This document shows positions 9,610 to 19,028 of a DNA stretch of 64,000 bases, piece after piece. Source of the stretch: a virus (lineage: Duplodnaviria > Caudoviricetes); IMG/VR virus record IMGVR_UViG_3300037070_003657, positions 225 through 64,224 of that record, one strand, 5' to 3'. A model generated the notes under the pieces. It saw nothing but the letters and a program-made list of their open reading frames with translations. It did no database searches and was not told where the DNA came from. Both the position numbers and the translations under genes were made by a program. Position 1 is the stretch's first letter; every line of letters begins with the position of its first letter.

Positions 9610-12600
9610 GCCTCGATGATCGCACCCGCCAGTGCGGGGACGCTGGAAGTGTCGTCCGTGTCCGGCCGAATCACCGCGCTCACCGCAGTCGTACGGATCG
9701 AAGCCCTGCCGTCCACCAGGGTGACGATGACCTCCGGCGACTCGCCGGTGACCGCACCGACCCTGGTGATGGCGCCCACGACAGCGCCCTTGGGCGGTGG
9801 GTGCCTGCCCACCACAGAGCCGACGCGAAGGACCGTGCCGGTGACGGCGCCCTTCGCAACGCGGACGCCGGTGACACCCCCTATACGAATGAGGGCTCCG
9901 GTCACACTGCCGCCAGCGGGCTCCTTGCCGGTGACCGCACCGCTCCTGGTGAGCGCCCCCGTGATCGAGCCGCCAGCGATCCGCTTGCCCGTCACCGAGC
10001 CGACCCTGGTGAGAGTGCCGGTGATCGCACCCTTCTTCGGCGCCGAGCCGGTGACGCTCCCGACCCTGGTCAGGGTGCCGGTGACCGCAGCCTTCGGGAC
10101 TCGGGTGCCGGTGACCACGCCGGTGCGGGTGACGGTGCCGATGACGCTACCGTCGTTCACACCGACCAGCGGGGCCTGGCCCGTCACCGAGCCAACCTTC
10201 GACAGCGCCCCCGTCACAGCACCGCCAGCGACACGCCTGCCGGTCACAGCGCCGACCCTCGTCACGGTCCCGGCGACAGCGCCCTTGGGCGTCCGGACAC
10301 CAGTGACGGTGCCAGCCCTGGTGATGGCGCCGATCACGTAGCCCAACTCCAGGCCCATGACCACGCCAGCCCTGCTGATGGCTCCCGTCACCGCACCTGC
10401 CGGGAAGCGCTTGCCGGTGACAGAGCCAACCCTGGTGAGGGTTCCCGACACCGAGCCGTCCTGCGCACCCACCGCCGGGGTCTCGCCGACCATAGAGCCG
10501 ACGCGGGAGAGCGCCCCGGCGACAGAGCCAGCCGACGCACGAGCACCCGTCACCGAGCCCACGCGGCTCAGGGTGCCACTCACAGCGCCTCGGCGGACCG
10601 TTGTGCCGGTGATGCTGCCGACGCGGCTCAGAGCGCCTGTGACAGCGCCCCTGGAGACCCGCGTACCGGTGATGCTGCCGACCTTGGAGAGGGCACCTGT
10701 GACGGCTCCCCCGGCGACCCGCTTGCCCGTGACGGACCCGACCCTGGAGATGGCCCCTGTGATCGCTCCAGCAGGGAACCTCTTGCCGGTGACCGAGCCC
10801 ACCTTGGAGAGCGCGCCCGTCACTGCACCGGCAGGGAACTTCTTCCCCGTGACCGAGCCCACCCGCGAGAGGGTGCCCGACACCGAGCCCTGCTGGATTC
10901 CGCTGGTGGTGGTGGCCGAGACCACCGAGGTCCAGTTCGAGACGTTGCGCCGGTTGCCCGTCACCGAGCCCACTCGGGTGAGAGTGCCGGTCACCTCGCC
11001 CTGGCCCAGCGCCGCCAGTGCGGTCTCGTTGTACCAGACCGCACTCTGGTCGTCGTCGACCTCCTGGACGTAGACCCAGGCGAACAGCAGGCTGGTGTCG
11101 GGCTTGGTCAGCACGGAGGCGTACACCCAGGCAGGCGTGAACGCGGGCTGGGAGATCGCCACCGGAGTCGACCAGGAGCCAGCCAGCGGGCGCTCGGAGT
11201 ACATCACGTCGGAGTTCGACGCCTGCGACCAGATCGCGTAGAACGTGCCGTTGCTCGGGTTGACCGCGAGACTCAGCACCGCGCCCTGGTTGCCGGTGGC
11301 TCCAGGGTCGAGCACAACCGCGCTACTGCCGACCACCTCCTCCGAGCCTGGGGTGCCGTTGGTGATCAGCGAGAAGCGGGGCAGCCCGGTGCCGTTCGCC
11401 CACAGCGCTCCGACGTACTCGTTGGTCCCGTTGTCGTAGACCTGCGGGGCCGCGTGCGGCAGAGCCACCGCGTTGACCCCGCTGGTGTCGATGCGAGTCG
11501 GTCCGGTCAGCGTGCCAGCCGAGGTCAGGCGCTTGTAGTGCAACTGGCTGGACTTGGCGTAGATGACGATGGAGGAGTTGTCGTCCGGGTTGATGATCGC
11601 CGCCGGGCCGATAGCAGCGGTGTCCAGCACGTTCTGGCTGGCCTCGACCCCGGTCGTGGAGTTCACGCTCAGGTAGGCCATGTCCGAGCCGTCGTTGAAG
11701 AACGCCCAGTGGTAGGACTGGTCGGCAGGCTTGGTGTGGCTCATGTACTGCGGCGAGCCGGTGCCGGTCCCGACCTGGTTGCGAGTCGTGATCAGCCAGG
11801 TGTCAGGGTTGGTCGCGTGGTCGCTGGTCCGGAACCGGACCCACACCGGGTAGGAGCGCTGCCACGAGAACGTCGCATAGCCGCCTGCGTCGTAGGTCAA
11901 CCAACCGGACTCCAGGTCACCGATGCCCGCTTCGGAGACGCCCGGACGGTTGGCCGCGTCCATCTCGGTCCATGTCTCGCCGTCCGAGGACTTCATCATG
12001 CGCGGCTGGTTCTGCTGGCCCGCCGGGTTGTTGTTCAGGGAGCCCTCGATGACGCGGTAGCGCATCCCGTTGGTGTCCATGATCACCGGGACGTACGAGT
12101 GCGACTCCGGCTCGACGGCGTTGGTCGCGGTGCCAATGCGGGCCGGGAGGGTCACCGAGCCGTTGTCACCGGTGACCTCACCGACCTTGGAGAGCGTGCC
12201 AGTGACCTCACCACTCCGCAGCGTCTGCGGCACCAGCGGACGGACGGCGATGATGATGGCCGCGTCCCTGGTGTTCGTGGTGTCCTTGGTGAACCCGGCC
12301 GCGTCTTCCGAGGAGGCGTTCAACTGGCGGAAGGCGATGGCGCCCTGCACGCCGCCGACAGCGTCGTTCGAGATGGACCCGATCACCGCACCGGTGTAGT
12401 TGGTCGGCGCGCCCAGCATCGTGTCGAAGGTGCCAGCCGTGCTGGTCTCGCCCTGAGCCCCGACGCTGATCCACAGGGTGTCCTCAGCCGCCCACGCGCC
12501 AGGGTCGAAGGATGTGGGGTTGCTGGTGCCAGCGGTGCCACTGGTACGGCCACCGGCCTCCGGTGCGGTGGAGGCGTGTGCACCGGGGATCGACAGCAGG

Positions 12601-12938
12601 AACATGGTGGCGCTGCCGGTGATCGTCGCGGCCTGGGTCACCGCGAAGGTGCCCGTCTCCGAGCCCGTCGAGAACTTGTAGGCGATGCCGATGGCCATCG
12701 TGGTCGAGGTGGCGGTGTCGCCACCGACCGGCAGTTCGGTGAACCCACCCGTCCACCCGGAGAAGGCGGCGTTGGTGCCGGTGCTCGTCTGGTAGGAGAT
12801 GCAGATGGCAATGAGCAGGTCGCCGGAGTTCTTCGTCAGGCTGGACAGGCTCGGGAAGGTGCGGGTCGCGGTGGTGTTCGCCTGGACGTTCGAGAGAATC
12901 CGGCCAGCCCCCGTGGTCGGGATGGTGGGGAACGTCAT
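9606..12938 (-). CDS. large fibre/adhesin protein with 20-aa G-x-V-T-G repeats
   Basis: ATG 12938 overlaps the upstream stop; two globular regions, then about 20 repeats like GAVTGALSKVGSVTGKRFPA. Confidence 0.8.
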   Translation of the reverse strand: MTFPTIPTTGAGRILSNVQANTTATRTFPSLSSLTKNSGDLLIAICISYQTSTGTNAAFSGWTGGFTELPVGGDTATSTTMAIGIAYKFSTGSETGTFAVTQAATITGSATMFLLSIPGAHASTAPEAGGRTSGTAGTSNPTSFDPGAWAAEDTLWISVGAQGETSTAGTFDTMLGAPTNYTGAVIGSISNDAVGGVQGAIAFRQLNASSEDAAGFTKDTTNTRDAAIIIAVRPLVPQTLRSGEVTGTLSKVGEVTGDNGSVTLPARIGTATNAVEPESHSYVPVIMDTNGMRYRVIEGSLNNNPAGQQNQPRMMKSSDGETWTEMDAANRPGVSEAGIGDLESGWLTYDAGGYATFSWQRSYPVWVRFRTSDHATNPDTWLITTRNQVGTGTGSPQYMSHTKPADQSYHWAFFNDGSDMAYLSVNSTTGVEASQNVLDTAAIGPAAIINPDDNSSIVIYAKSSQLHYKRLTSAGTLTGPTRIDTSGVNAVALPHAAPQVYDNGTNEYVGALWANGTGLPRFSLITNGTPGSEEVVGSSAVVLDPGATGNQGAVLSLAVNPSNGTFYAIWSQASNSDVMYSERPLAGSWSTPVAISQPAFTPAWVYASVLTKPDTSLLFAWVYVQEVDDDQSAVWYNETALAALGQGEVTGTLTRVGSVTGNRRNVSNWTSVVSATTTSGIQQGSVSGTLSRVGSVTGKKFPAGAVTGALSKVGSVTGKRFPAGAITGAISRVGSVTGKRVAGGAVTGALSKVGSITGTRVSRGAVTGALSRVGSITGTTVRRGAVSGTLSRVGSVTGARASAGSVAGALSRVGSMVGETPAVGAQDGSVSGTLTRVGSVTGKRFPAGAVTGAISRAGVVMGLELGYVIGAITRAGTVTGVRTPKGAVAGTVTRVGAVTGRRVAGGAVTGALSKVGSVTGQAPLVGVNDGSVIGTVTRTGVVTGTRVPKAAVTGTLTRVGSVTGSAPKKGAITGTLTRVGSVTGKRIAGGSITGALTRSGAVTGKEPAGGSVTGALIRIGGVTGVRVAKGAVTGTVLRVGSVVGRHPPPKGAVVGAITRVGAVTGESPEVIVTLVDGRASIRTTAVSAVIRPDTDDTSSVPALAGAIIEA
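9740..10890 (-). repeat. degenerate ~60-bp (20-aa) tandem coding repeat
   Basis: periodic GxVxGxLxRVGSVTG units; boundaries approximate. Confidence 0.85.
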
Positions 12939-13822
12939 GCCGTCACCGTCCGCACCCGGTAGTCGTACTCGGTGGACGGGGTGCGCCCGGTGTCGGAGTA
13001 GGAACTGACCGGGTGGTCGTAGACGATGATGGCGCCGTCGCGCTCGATGTCGTAGCCGGTCGCACCGCTCATGTCGTCCCAGTTCAGGTTGATCTGGGTG
13101 CTGGAGATGGGCGTGGCCGTCAGGTTGGTCGGCACCGGCGGCAGCGGCATCTCTCCTGTCACGGCCCCCACCAGCGAGCGGGCTCCTGTCACCTCGCCGT
13201 CGTTCGGTCCGGCGCTGACGTTGGCAGCCCACACCACCGCCTGCACCAGGAGCGTCGAAGCGTCAGCGGTCCATGAGGCGGGAGCAGAGCCGACGCCGAT
13301 GCCCATGCAGACCCGGCGAGCAGGAGCGGTGCCGGTGGTCAGAGTCGCACCGGACTCCGCGCGCAGCACCGTGCAGTGGGCCGTGTTCCCCACCGGGGCG
13401 CAGACCTGGACGGTGCCAGACGCCTTCTCCGTCGTCGTCACCCCGTAGTTGCCCGAGGAGCCCGAGCGCCAGGTGAACGGGTCGGAGAGACCGGCGACGA
13501 TGTCGTGCCCGGTCTCGATGATGTCGTACTGCGTGGTGGCGGTCGGGTTGGTTGCTGCCGCCGTCGCCATCCGGATGTTGTTCCAAGAGGTCTCCAGGAA
13601 GACCAGCGGCACCGCCATCGTCGGGTAGGCGGTGATTGCGGTCGAGGTCGAGGAGCCCGACTCGGTGTGCACCACCACGTCGTAGACGGAGGTGTCGGTC
13701 GGGGGTGCGGAGTTCTCCGACTGCTGGGTGACCGAGTGTCCAGCGGTGGTGAGCGCGCTGACAATGATCGCGTCGTTGGCGTTCGGCGTCGGGTCGTCGT
13801 GGACGACCAGGACATCGACCAT
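12935..13822 (-). CDS. fibre-associated protein with C-terminal truncated fibronectin type III domain
   Basis: PTNLTATPISSTQINLNWDD..GATGYDIERDG...YSDTG..PSTEYDYRVR FN3 signature. Confidence 0.8.
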   Translation of the reverse strand: MVDVLVVHDDPTPNANDAIIVSALTTAGHSVTQQSENSAPPTDTSVYDVVVHTESGSSTSTAITAYPTMAVPLVFLETSWNNIRMATAAATNPTATTQYDIIETGHDIVAGLSDPFTWRSGSSGNYGVTTTEKASGTVQVCAPVGNTAHCTVLRAESGATLTTGTAPARRVCMGIGVGSAPASWTADASTLLVQAVVWAANVSAGPNDGEVTGARSLVGAVTGEMPLPPVPTNLTATPISSTQINLNWDDMSGATGYDIERDGAIIVYDHPVSSYSDTGRTPSTEYDYRVRTVTA

Positions 13823-13863
13823 GTTCCCCTCCCCTCAGAAGCCCCTGGGGCAAGGGGAGAGGA

Positions 13864-14232
13864 TCAGGTGGCGGTACCGGTGATGGTGATGCCGGTGACC
13901 GTGTACTCCCCAGCGGCGTTGAAGGTCTGGTCGCCGGTCAGCGGGTAGTCGCCGTAGTACGTGCCACCGGTGGGCGGGGAGCCTGAGCCAGCGGCCGACC
14001 AGAAGCCAGCGTGCGTGCACGGCCCACTCGCGGCACCGCCGGTGAACGCGAGGTCCACGGTGGCGATCATGTCGCCGTTGGCAGCCGTCACCCAGGTGAT
14101 GGCCTGGCGAGCGGACAGCGCCTGGTTCGTGGTACCCGCCGCGTTCGGCTGCGCGGTGGCAAGGGACATGTGGGTGGCAGCAGCCTGCATGGCCGCAGCG
14201 CCGATGTTCTGCAAGGTGTCGTTGAGCGGCAT
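13864..14232 (-). CDS. small phage fibre subunit (gp80-like)
   Basis: SD GAGGAG; HMSL..A...RQAITW...THAGFWSAA..GTYYG..PL...GEYTV pattern typical of small actinophage fibre proteins. Confidence 0.65.
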   Translation of the reverse strand: MPLNDTLQNIGAAAMQAAATHMSLATAQPNAAGTTNQALSARQAITWVTAANGDMIATVDLAFTGGAASGPCTHAGFWSAAGSGSPPTGGTYYGDYPLTGDQTFNAAGEYTVTGITITGTAT

Positions 14233-14319
14233 TGTGTCTCCTCGGTCTGTCCTGGACGGAACCTAGTGTGCCTCGACTCCCCTCAGTTTGGGGAGAGACT
14301 CGCTAGGCCGAGCATAGGG

Positions 14320-17205
14320 CTAGAGGGAGGCCACCCTCCGAATGTCGTCGCTGAGGACGTAGACCTCGGTCAGCGTGACTGCTGGGCTGGCGCCCTGTCC
14401 GCCGGTGGTGATCGAGGCCGCGTCCGGCTCGCCTCCGTGGGAGGTGGTCCGCACGACGATCCGGATGGCGTTGCAGTCCTGGGGTACCGGCAACTTCACC
14501 GGGAACACCCACTGCTCGTCCCAGAAGGTGTCGCGCTGGGTGCCGGTGTTGTGCGAGTCCGCACCGTGCAGCATCGAGGTGGGCGTCTTGGTCACCGTGG
14601 CCCTGGTGGTCCACGCGCCGCCACCGTTGGTGGAGGTCTGGATGTCGAAGTCGGCCAGCGTCGACTGCTGCTGCCAGCCCATCCCGGCGTAGATGATCAC
14701 GTGGCTCACCTGGCGGAAGACCGGGAACCTCACCGTGTAGTTCGACGGCACCGCGCCCACCGACATCTCGGCGTTGTTGTCGTAGGTCAGTTGCCACTGC
14801 CCGTCCACCGCGAGGCGCGAGCCGGTGATCCCGTCGAAGGAGCCGAACGAGTCCAGCCCGGCGAGGTTCCCCGCGTCCCGGTTGTTCAGGTCGAGGAAGG
14901 TCTTGACCGTGGCCGTGCAGCCAGCAGGCAGGGCCACCCAGGTGGGAAGTCCGCCGATGCCCACAGTGATCTCACCGTTGATGGGGTTGACCACCGTGGG
15001 CTTGCCGAACCCGTCCCGCCAGGTCACGCTGCTCGGCACCGCACCGGCCAGTTTCAGCACCATCGTGGCGTTGTCGAGGTGGCTGGTCGCCACCAGCGCC
15101 AGCGTCGAGGTGTCGTCCGCGCCGGTGTAGACGTTGCCCATGAACAGGTGCGGACCCAGCCCCTTGCCGAAGTCCATCGGACCCGAGTAGATCTTTCCGT
15201 ACACCATCTCCGCCATCACCCGGACCATCTGCGCGTGCGGGTTCAGCGACTGGTCCTCGTTCATCCACCAGCCGGGGAAGCCCCAGAAGCCGTGGGACTT
15301 GTCGTACCAGAGGTTGTTGCGCTCCTTGGGGATGCCGTAGCGCTCCAGCATCAGGTGGTAAAGCATCTGCCAGCGCGCACGGCGAGGGTGGTAGACCCCG
15401 TAGACGGGGGTGAGGACGCCGAACTCCCCCTGCCAGCGGGGCATGTGCTCGACCCCGGCGGAAGTCAGCACCTCCGCGAACTTGTCCATCGTGTGGAAGC
15501 CGGTGTGGATGTCGGTGATCATGAAGTTGTAGACGTGGACCATGACCGCGTCGATGTAGTCCTTGGCCGCGACCACTGGCCCGTCGATCTTCCAGGAGTC
15601 AGCCCCGTTGGCGTTGATGCCGGTCAGCCAGCGCCACAGCGCGGAGACACCGCCCAGGCTGCCATCGGCCAGCGGCCCCCACTGGTCGTTTCCGATGTCG
15701 ACGATGCTCGGCCCCATGACCTTCGCCGCAGGGTTCGCAGCCTTCACAGCGGCGTGGAACATCCGGGCGTCGTGGGCGTAGCGCGACACGTTCTTGCGCA
15801 GGTCCGGCTCGTTCTCCGGCCCCTCGTACCACAGGCACTTGTACGGCGCCGCCGAGCACGCGGTCACGACCTGCTTGACGCCGTTGTACTTGGCGACCGG
15901 GATGGTCCCGCTGGCCACAGTGACCGCGCCGTTCGAGTCCTGGTCGTTCGCCCGGTAGGTAGCCACCAGTGCGCTGTTCGCGGTGGCCTGCAAGACGGCG
16001 GTAACGGTGGCCGGGACGTTGTCGTAGACCTCCACTTCACCGTGCTCGTGAGCGACCGCGCCCGTCTCCACCAGCACCGCGTCGAGCCACGCCTGACCCG
16101 ATCCGCTGTCGACGGGCACCGGCTCGAAGGTGATCTCGGTCAGTTCGGTGATCGGGGTGAAGGTCACCGACATCTTGGTCCAGGCGTTCTTGGTGGTCAT
16201 GGACGCGCTGGTGTTGACCTCGGGGATGCTGAGCCGCACGTTCGGGGAGCCGGTGGGGACGTAGGCGTAGGCGCTGAGCGTGTACGTCGTGGCGGTGTCC
16301 AGTTCGAGGACGGTGTTGGTGTTCTGGGTGGTGCCACCAGCCCAGGTGCACAGCAGGGACTTGGTCCCGTGCTTGGCGACCACCGACGACTGCTCGACGG
16401 TGGCGTTGGGGTTCCAGCCCCAGGTGCCGGTGCCGGTCTCGAACGAGGCGTTCTCGGCGGAGAGCAGGTTGGTCGCGGTCGCTCCCTGGTTGAACGTGAT
16501 CTTCAGCCCTGACGAGGTCCCTGCTGCCACCGTCACGGTCGTGGCACCGCGCTCCGCCACGGCCCCACTGCGGTGCATCCCGTACATCCTGTTGCCACCG
16601 AAGACGAAGCGGTCGACCGAGTCGGCCGGGAACGAGATGTAGGCGTGGCGCGGACGGGCCGCGTCAGGTCCCAGGGCATCGGCCCCCGTGGTCCAGTATT
16701 CGTTCGAGACCAACAGGCTCGCCTGGGCGTTGGCGATGCTGTCGAAACCGGAGGTCGGGTTGTCGGGGATGGTGATCTGGAGACGGCTGGTGCCGATCCC
16801 CAGCCAACCCTTCAACGCCAGGTCGGGGGACTCGCCGCCCACGGCCTGGTCCTCGGTCCGGTTCGGCCGAGGGGTGAAGCGTGCGTCGCTGGTGATCACC
16901 GAGAAGTTGGTGACGCCCCGGCTGAACCCGTACAGGGAGTCGTTCGTAGCACCGGTCAGGTAGAGCCGGTACCAGCCCACGGGCCAGCCACCGCCAGGCG
17001 CTGTGGGTGTGACGCCGGTAGCCGCCGACAGCGACCCCGTGGTGATCGTCGCGCCGGTGTAGTCCCTCACCGTCCAGGTGCCGGTGACGGCCTTGTCGAA
17101 GGTGAAGGTCGGAGTCTCCCCGACCAGGTAGATGTTGCCGCGTGTCGAGCCGCTGATCACCGCGTAGGCGCTGGGGATCGGGCTCAGCGGGAAGGCGACA
17201 GCCAC
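14320..17205 (-). CDS. clan GH-A glycoside hydrolase-like protein with carbohydrate-binding modules (putative depolymerase)
   Basis: YEGPENEP acid/base and WQGEFG nucleophile motifs; NLL..NASFETG CBM4/9-like insert; C-terminal discoidin-like region. Confidence 0.65.
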   Translation of the reverse strand: MAVAFPLSPIPSAYAVISGSTRGNIYLVGETPTFTFDKAVTGTWTVRDYTGATITTGSLSAATGVTPTAPGGGWPVGWYRLYLTGATNDSLYGFSRGVTNFSVITSDARFTPRPNRTEDQAVGGESPDLALKGWLGIGTSRLQITIPDNPTSGFDSIANAQASLLVSNEYWTTGADALGPDAARPRHAYISFPADSVDRFVFGGNRMYGMHRSGAVAERGATTVTVAAGTSSGLKITFNQGATATNLLSAENASFETGTGTWGWNPNATVEQSSVVAKHGTKSLLCTWAGGTTQNTNTVLELDTATTYTLSAYAYVPTGSPNVRLSIPEVNTSASMTTKNAWTKMSVTFTPITELTEITFEPVPVDSGSGQAWLDAVLVETGAVAHEHGEVEVYDNVPATVTAVLQATANSALVATYRANDQDSNGAVTVASGTIPVAKYNGVKQVVTACSAAPYKCLWYEGPENEPDLRKNVSRYAHDARMFHAAVKAANPAAKVMGPSIVDIGNDQWGPLADGSLGGVSALWRWLTGINANGADSWKIDGPVVAAKDYIDAVMVHVYNFMITDIHTGFHTMDKFAEVLTSAGVEHMPRWQGEFGVLTPVYGVYHPRRARWQMLYHLMLERYGIPKERNNLWYDKSHGFWGFPGWWMNEDQSLNPHAQMVRVMAEMVYGKIYSGPMDFGKGLGPHLFMGNVYTGADDTSTLALVATSHLDNATMVLKLAGAVPSSVTWRDGFGKPTVVNPINGEITVGIGGLPTWVALPAGCTATVKTFLDLNNRDAGNLAGLDSFGSFDGITGSRLAVDGQWQLTYDNNAEMSVGAVPSNYTVRFPVFRQVSHVIIYAGMGWQQQSTLADFDIQTSTNGGGAWTTRATVTKTPTSMLHGADSHNTGTQRDTFWDEQWVFPVKLPVPQDCNAIRIVVRTTSHGGEPDAASITTGGQGASPAVTLTEVYVLSDDIRRVASL

Positions 17206-17206
17206 G

Positions 17207-18565
17207 TCAGACCCAGATGTTCGTACGGGTGATTCCGGCCTGACCGGCAGAGCCAGCCACCCCGGTTCCGTTCTTCGCCCCGCCTGCGCCACCTGCGGCT
17301 GACAGCACCCCGGTCCAGCCCGTGGTGTCCGTGGTGTTCAGGACTGCCACACCGCCAGCGCCACCGCCACCGCCACCGGCGTTGGTGCCCACGGCGTTGC
17401 CGCCGTTCTCGGCGTCGGCGCGGATGTTCACCGAGCCGGTGATCCGGCGAGCGTTCACGATGACCACCTGGCCACCGTTGCCGCCCTTCCCGCCGTTGCC
17501 GCCGCCACCGCCGCCAGCGCCACCGGAGGCACCGCCTTCGAGGGGGTAGAAGTTGTTGTTGTTGGGGTTCAGCCAGTCGAAGATCGGCAGCATCCCGGTG
17601 AACGCCGAGGGGGCCGACTGCAACCAGTATTGGGTCAGGGCATTGGAGCCGAACTGGGTGTTGGTCCCGTTGGCACCGCCTCCAGCGCCACCCGACCCGG
17701 CGCCACCCGCACCCGACCCGGCGAAGGAGTTGTAGGCGCCGTTCTCCACGCCACCAGTGCCAGCGCCAGCGCCACCGGCAGGCCCGATGGAGCCAGGGCC
17801 GAAGAAGCCGAAGCGGCCGGGAGTGGTGCCGCCGGTCTCAGCGACGATGTTGCCGGTCCCCGACAGTGTGCCCAGCACGTTGATCGGCATCCCTGCCGGG
17901 CGGAGGGTGACGCCTGCACCCAGGACCAGGTCGGTGGCGTTGATCGGGTGGACAGCGGAGTAGACCGAGCCCGACTTGCTGAACGACGCATGGGTGACGG
18001 TGCCGTCGAGGACGAGGCTGCCGTGCGAGCCGGTGCCGAACCAGGCGTACTGCCCGACCGCAGGGTGGGAGTGGTCGCCGCGAGAGTAGGTGTCGTCGGA
18101 GCCTGCGCTGCCACCGGCCATGCTCGCCGGGGCCGGAGCGTCGTCCTCTGCGAGCGCGACGTTGGCGATGGAGTCCAGCACGTCGGCGCCGAAGGAGGTG
18201 GCGGTCGGCCACCAGGACCCGGCCGGGTCCGCGATGAACGTGCTGCCGGTGTGCTGGCCTGGAAGGACCAGGCTCTGCCCGCCCAGCCCTCGGATGTTGC
18301 CGGTGACCGTCACGTCGTTGATCGAGGCGTCGATCTTCTCGACGCCGATCATGGAGCCACCGGCCTGGCCGGTCGGCAGCGACATGGACTTGGCCCCGCC
18401 CGAGGCGTCCACCGGAGTGTGTCGCCCGACCTGGAGCGGTCCGCTCGTGGAGGTCGTGGCCGCGACGATCATCCCGCTGCCAGCAGCAGCCAGAGCCTCG
18501 ATCCCGTCGAGGTCGAGGTTGAGGTCGTCTCCCCAACTCGGGATGCCGATGACTGGGCGAACCAT
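17207..18565 (-). CDS. glycine-rich fibre/minor structural protein
   Basis: WGDDLN N-terminus, SRGDHSH motif, FGTGSHG followed by a Gly-rich C-terminal domain. Confidence 0.75.
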   Translation of the reverse strand: MVRPVIGIPSWGDDLNLDLDGIEALAAAGSGMIVAATTSTSGPLQVGRHTPVDASGGAKSMSLPTGQAGGSMIGVEKIDASINDVTVTGNIRGLGGQSLVLPGQHTGSTFIADPAGSWWPTATSFGADVLDSIANVALAEDDAPAPASMAGGSAGSDDTYSRGDHSHPAVGQYAWFGTGSHGSLVLDGTVTHASFSKSGSVYSAVHPINATDLVLGAGVTLRPAGMPINVLGTLSGTGNIVAETGGTTPGRFGFFGPGSIGPAGGAGAGTGGVENGAYNSFAGSGAGGAGSGGAGGGANGTNTQFGSNALTQYWLQSAPSAFTGMLPIFDWLNPNNNNFYPLEGGASGGAGGGGGGNGGKGGNGGQVVIVNARRITGSVNIRADAENGGNAVGTNAGGGGGGAGGVAVLNTTDTTGWTGVLSAAGGAGGAKNGTGVAGSAGQAGITRTNIWV

Positions 18566-18588
18566 AAGAGCCCTCGCTTCGCAAACAG

Positions 18589-18626
18589 AACTGGTCGGGA
18601 CCAGTGTGCCCTGGTCCCGACCAGTT
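18589..18626. terminator. 16-bp perfect hairpin, probable terminator
   Basis: AACTGGTCGGGACCAG-tgtgcc-CTGGTCCCGACCAGTT just after the holin gene. Confidence 0.7.
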
Positions 18627-18650
18627 TAGATACAGACGCGCCCCTGGGCG

Positions 18651-19022
18651 CTACGCAGCAGGAGGCGGGCTGTCGTGGTTCAGCGCACCCTGAGCCTTGG
18701 CCGTCACCCCGGTGGGGTTCCACAGGCCGTAGTGCGTGGCGACACCGATCACGAACGTCACCACCGTCGACAGCAGTGCCTGCTGCCACACGAAGTTGCT
18801 GCTGTTGATGAACTCCGTCAGGAACCCCGACACCGCCGAGAGTCCCAGGAGGAGCAGCGACTTGATGGTGGGGCTCGTGCTGGCCTTGGTCACCAGACCC
18901 ACCAGGATCGGGATGAATACGCCGATCAGGAGGCTGGCCACCTGGACCGCGTCGATGGTCGTGTGCGCGGTGGGGTCGATGTCGTTGTCTAGCCCCAGCG
19001 TGGTGATGGTGTAGATGAGCAT
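18651..19022 (-). CDS. holin
   Basis: three TM segments (IPILVGLVTK...ATHYGLWNPTGV), adjacent to endolysin. Confidence 0.75.
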   Translation of the reverse strand: MLIYTITTLGLDNDIDPTAHTTIDAVQVASLLIGVFIPILVGLVTKASTSPTIKSLLLLGLSAVSGFLTEFINSSNFVWQQALLSTVVTFVIGVATHYGLWNPTGVTAKAQGALNHDSPPPAA

Positions 19023-19028
19023 GATCTC

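Noticed and set aside
3245-16512. Long antisense ORFs (e.g. 3245-4744 -, 9801-12962 +, 14011-16512 +)
   Set aside because: Shadow ORFs of GC3-rich real genes on the opposite strand; no motifs or SD.
9606-18565. Diversity-generating retroelement or invertase-driven fibre switching
   Set aside because: No reverse transcriptase, no TR/VR pair with adenine-specific differences, no recombinase, and no matching inverted site seen at the 20.5 kb end of the block.
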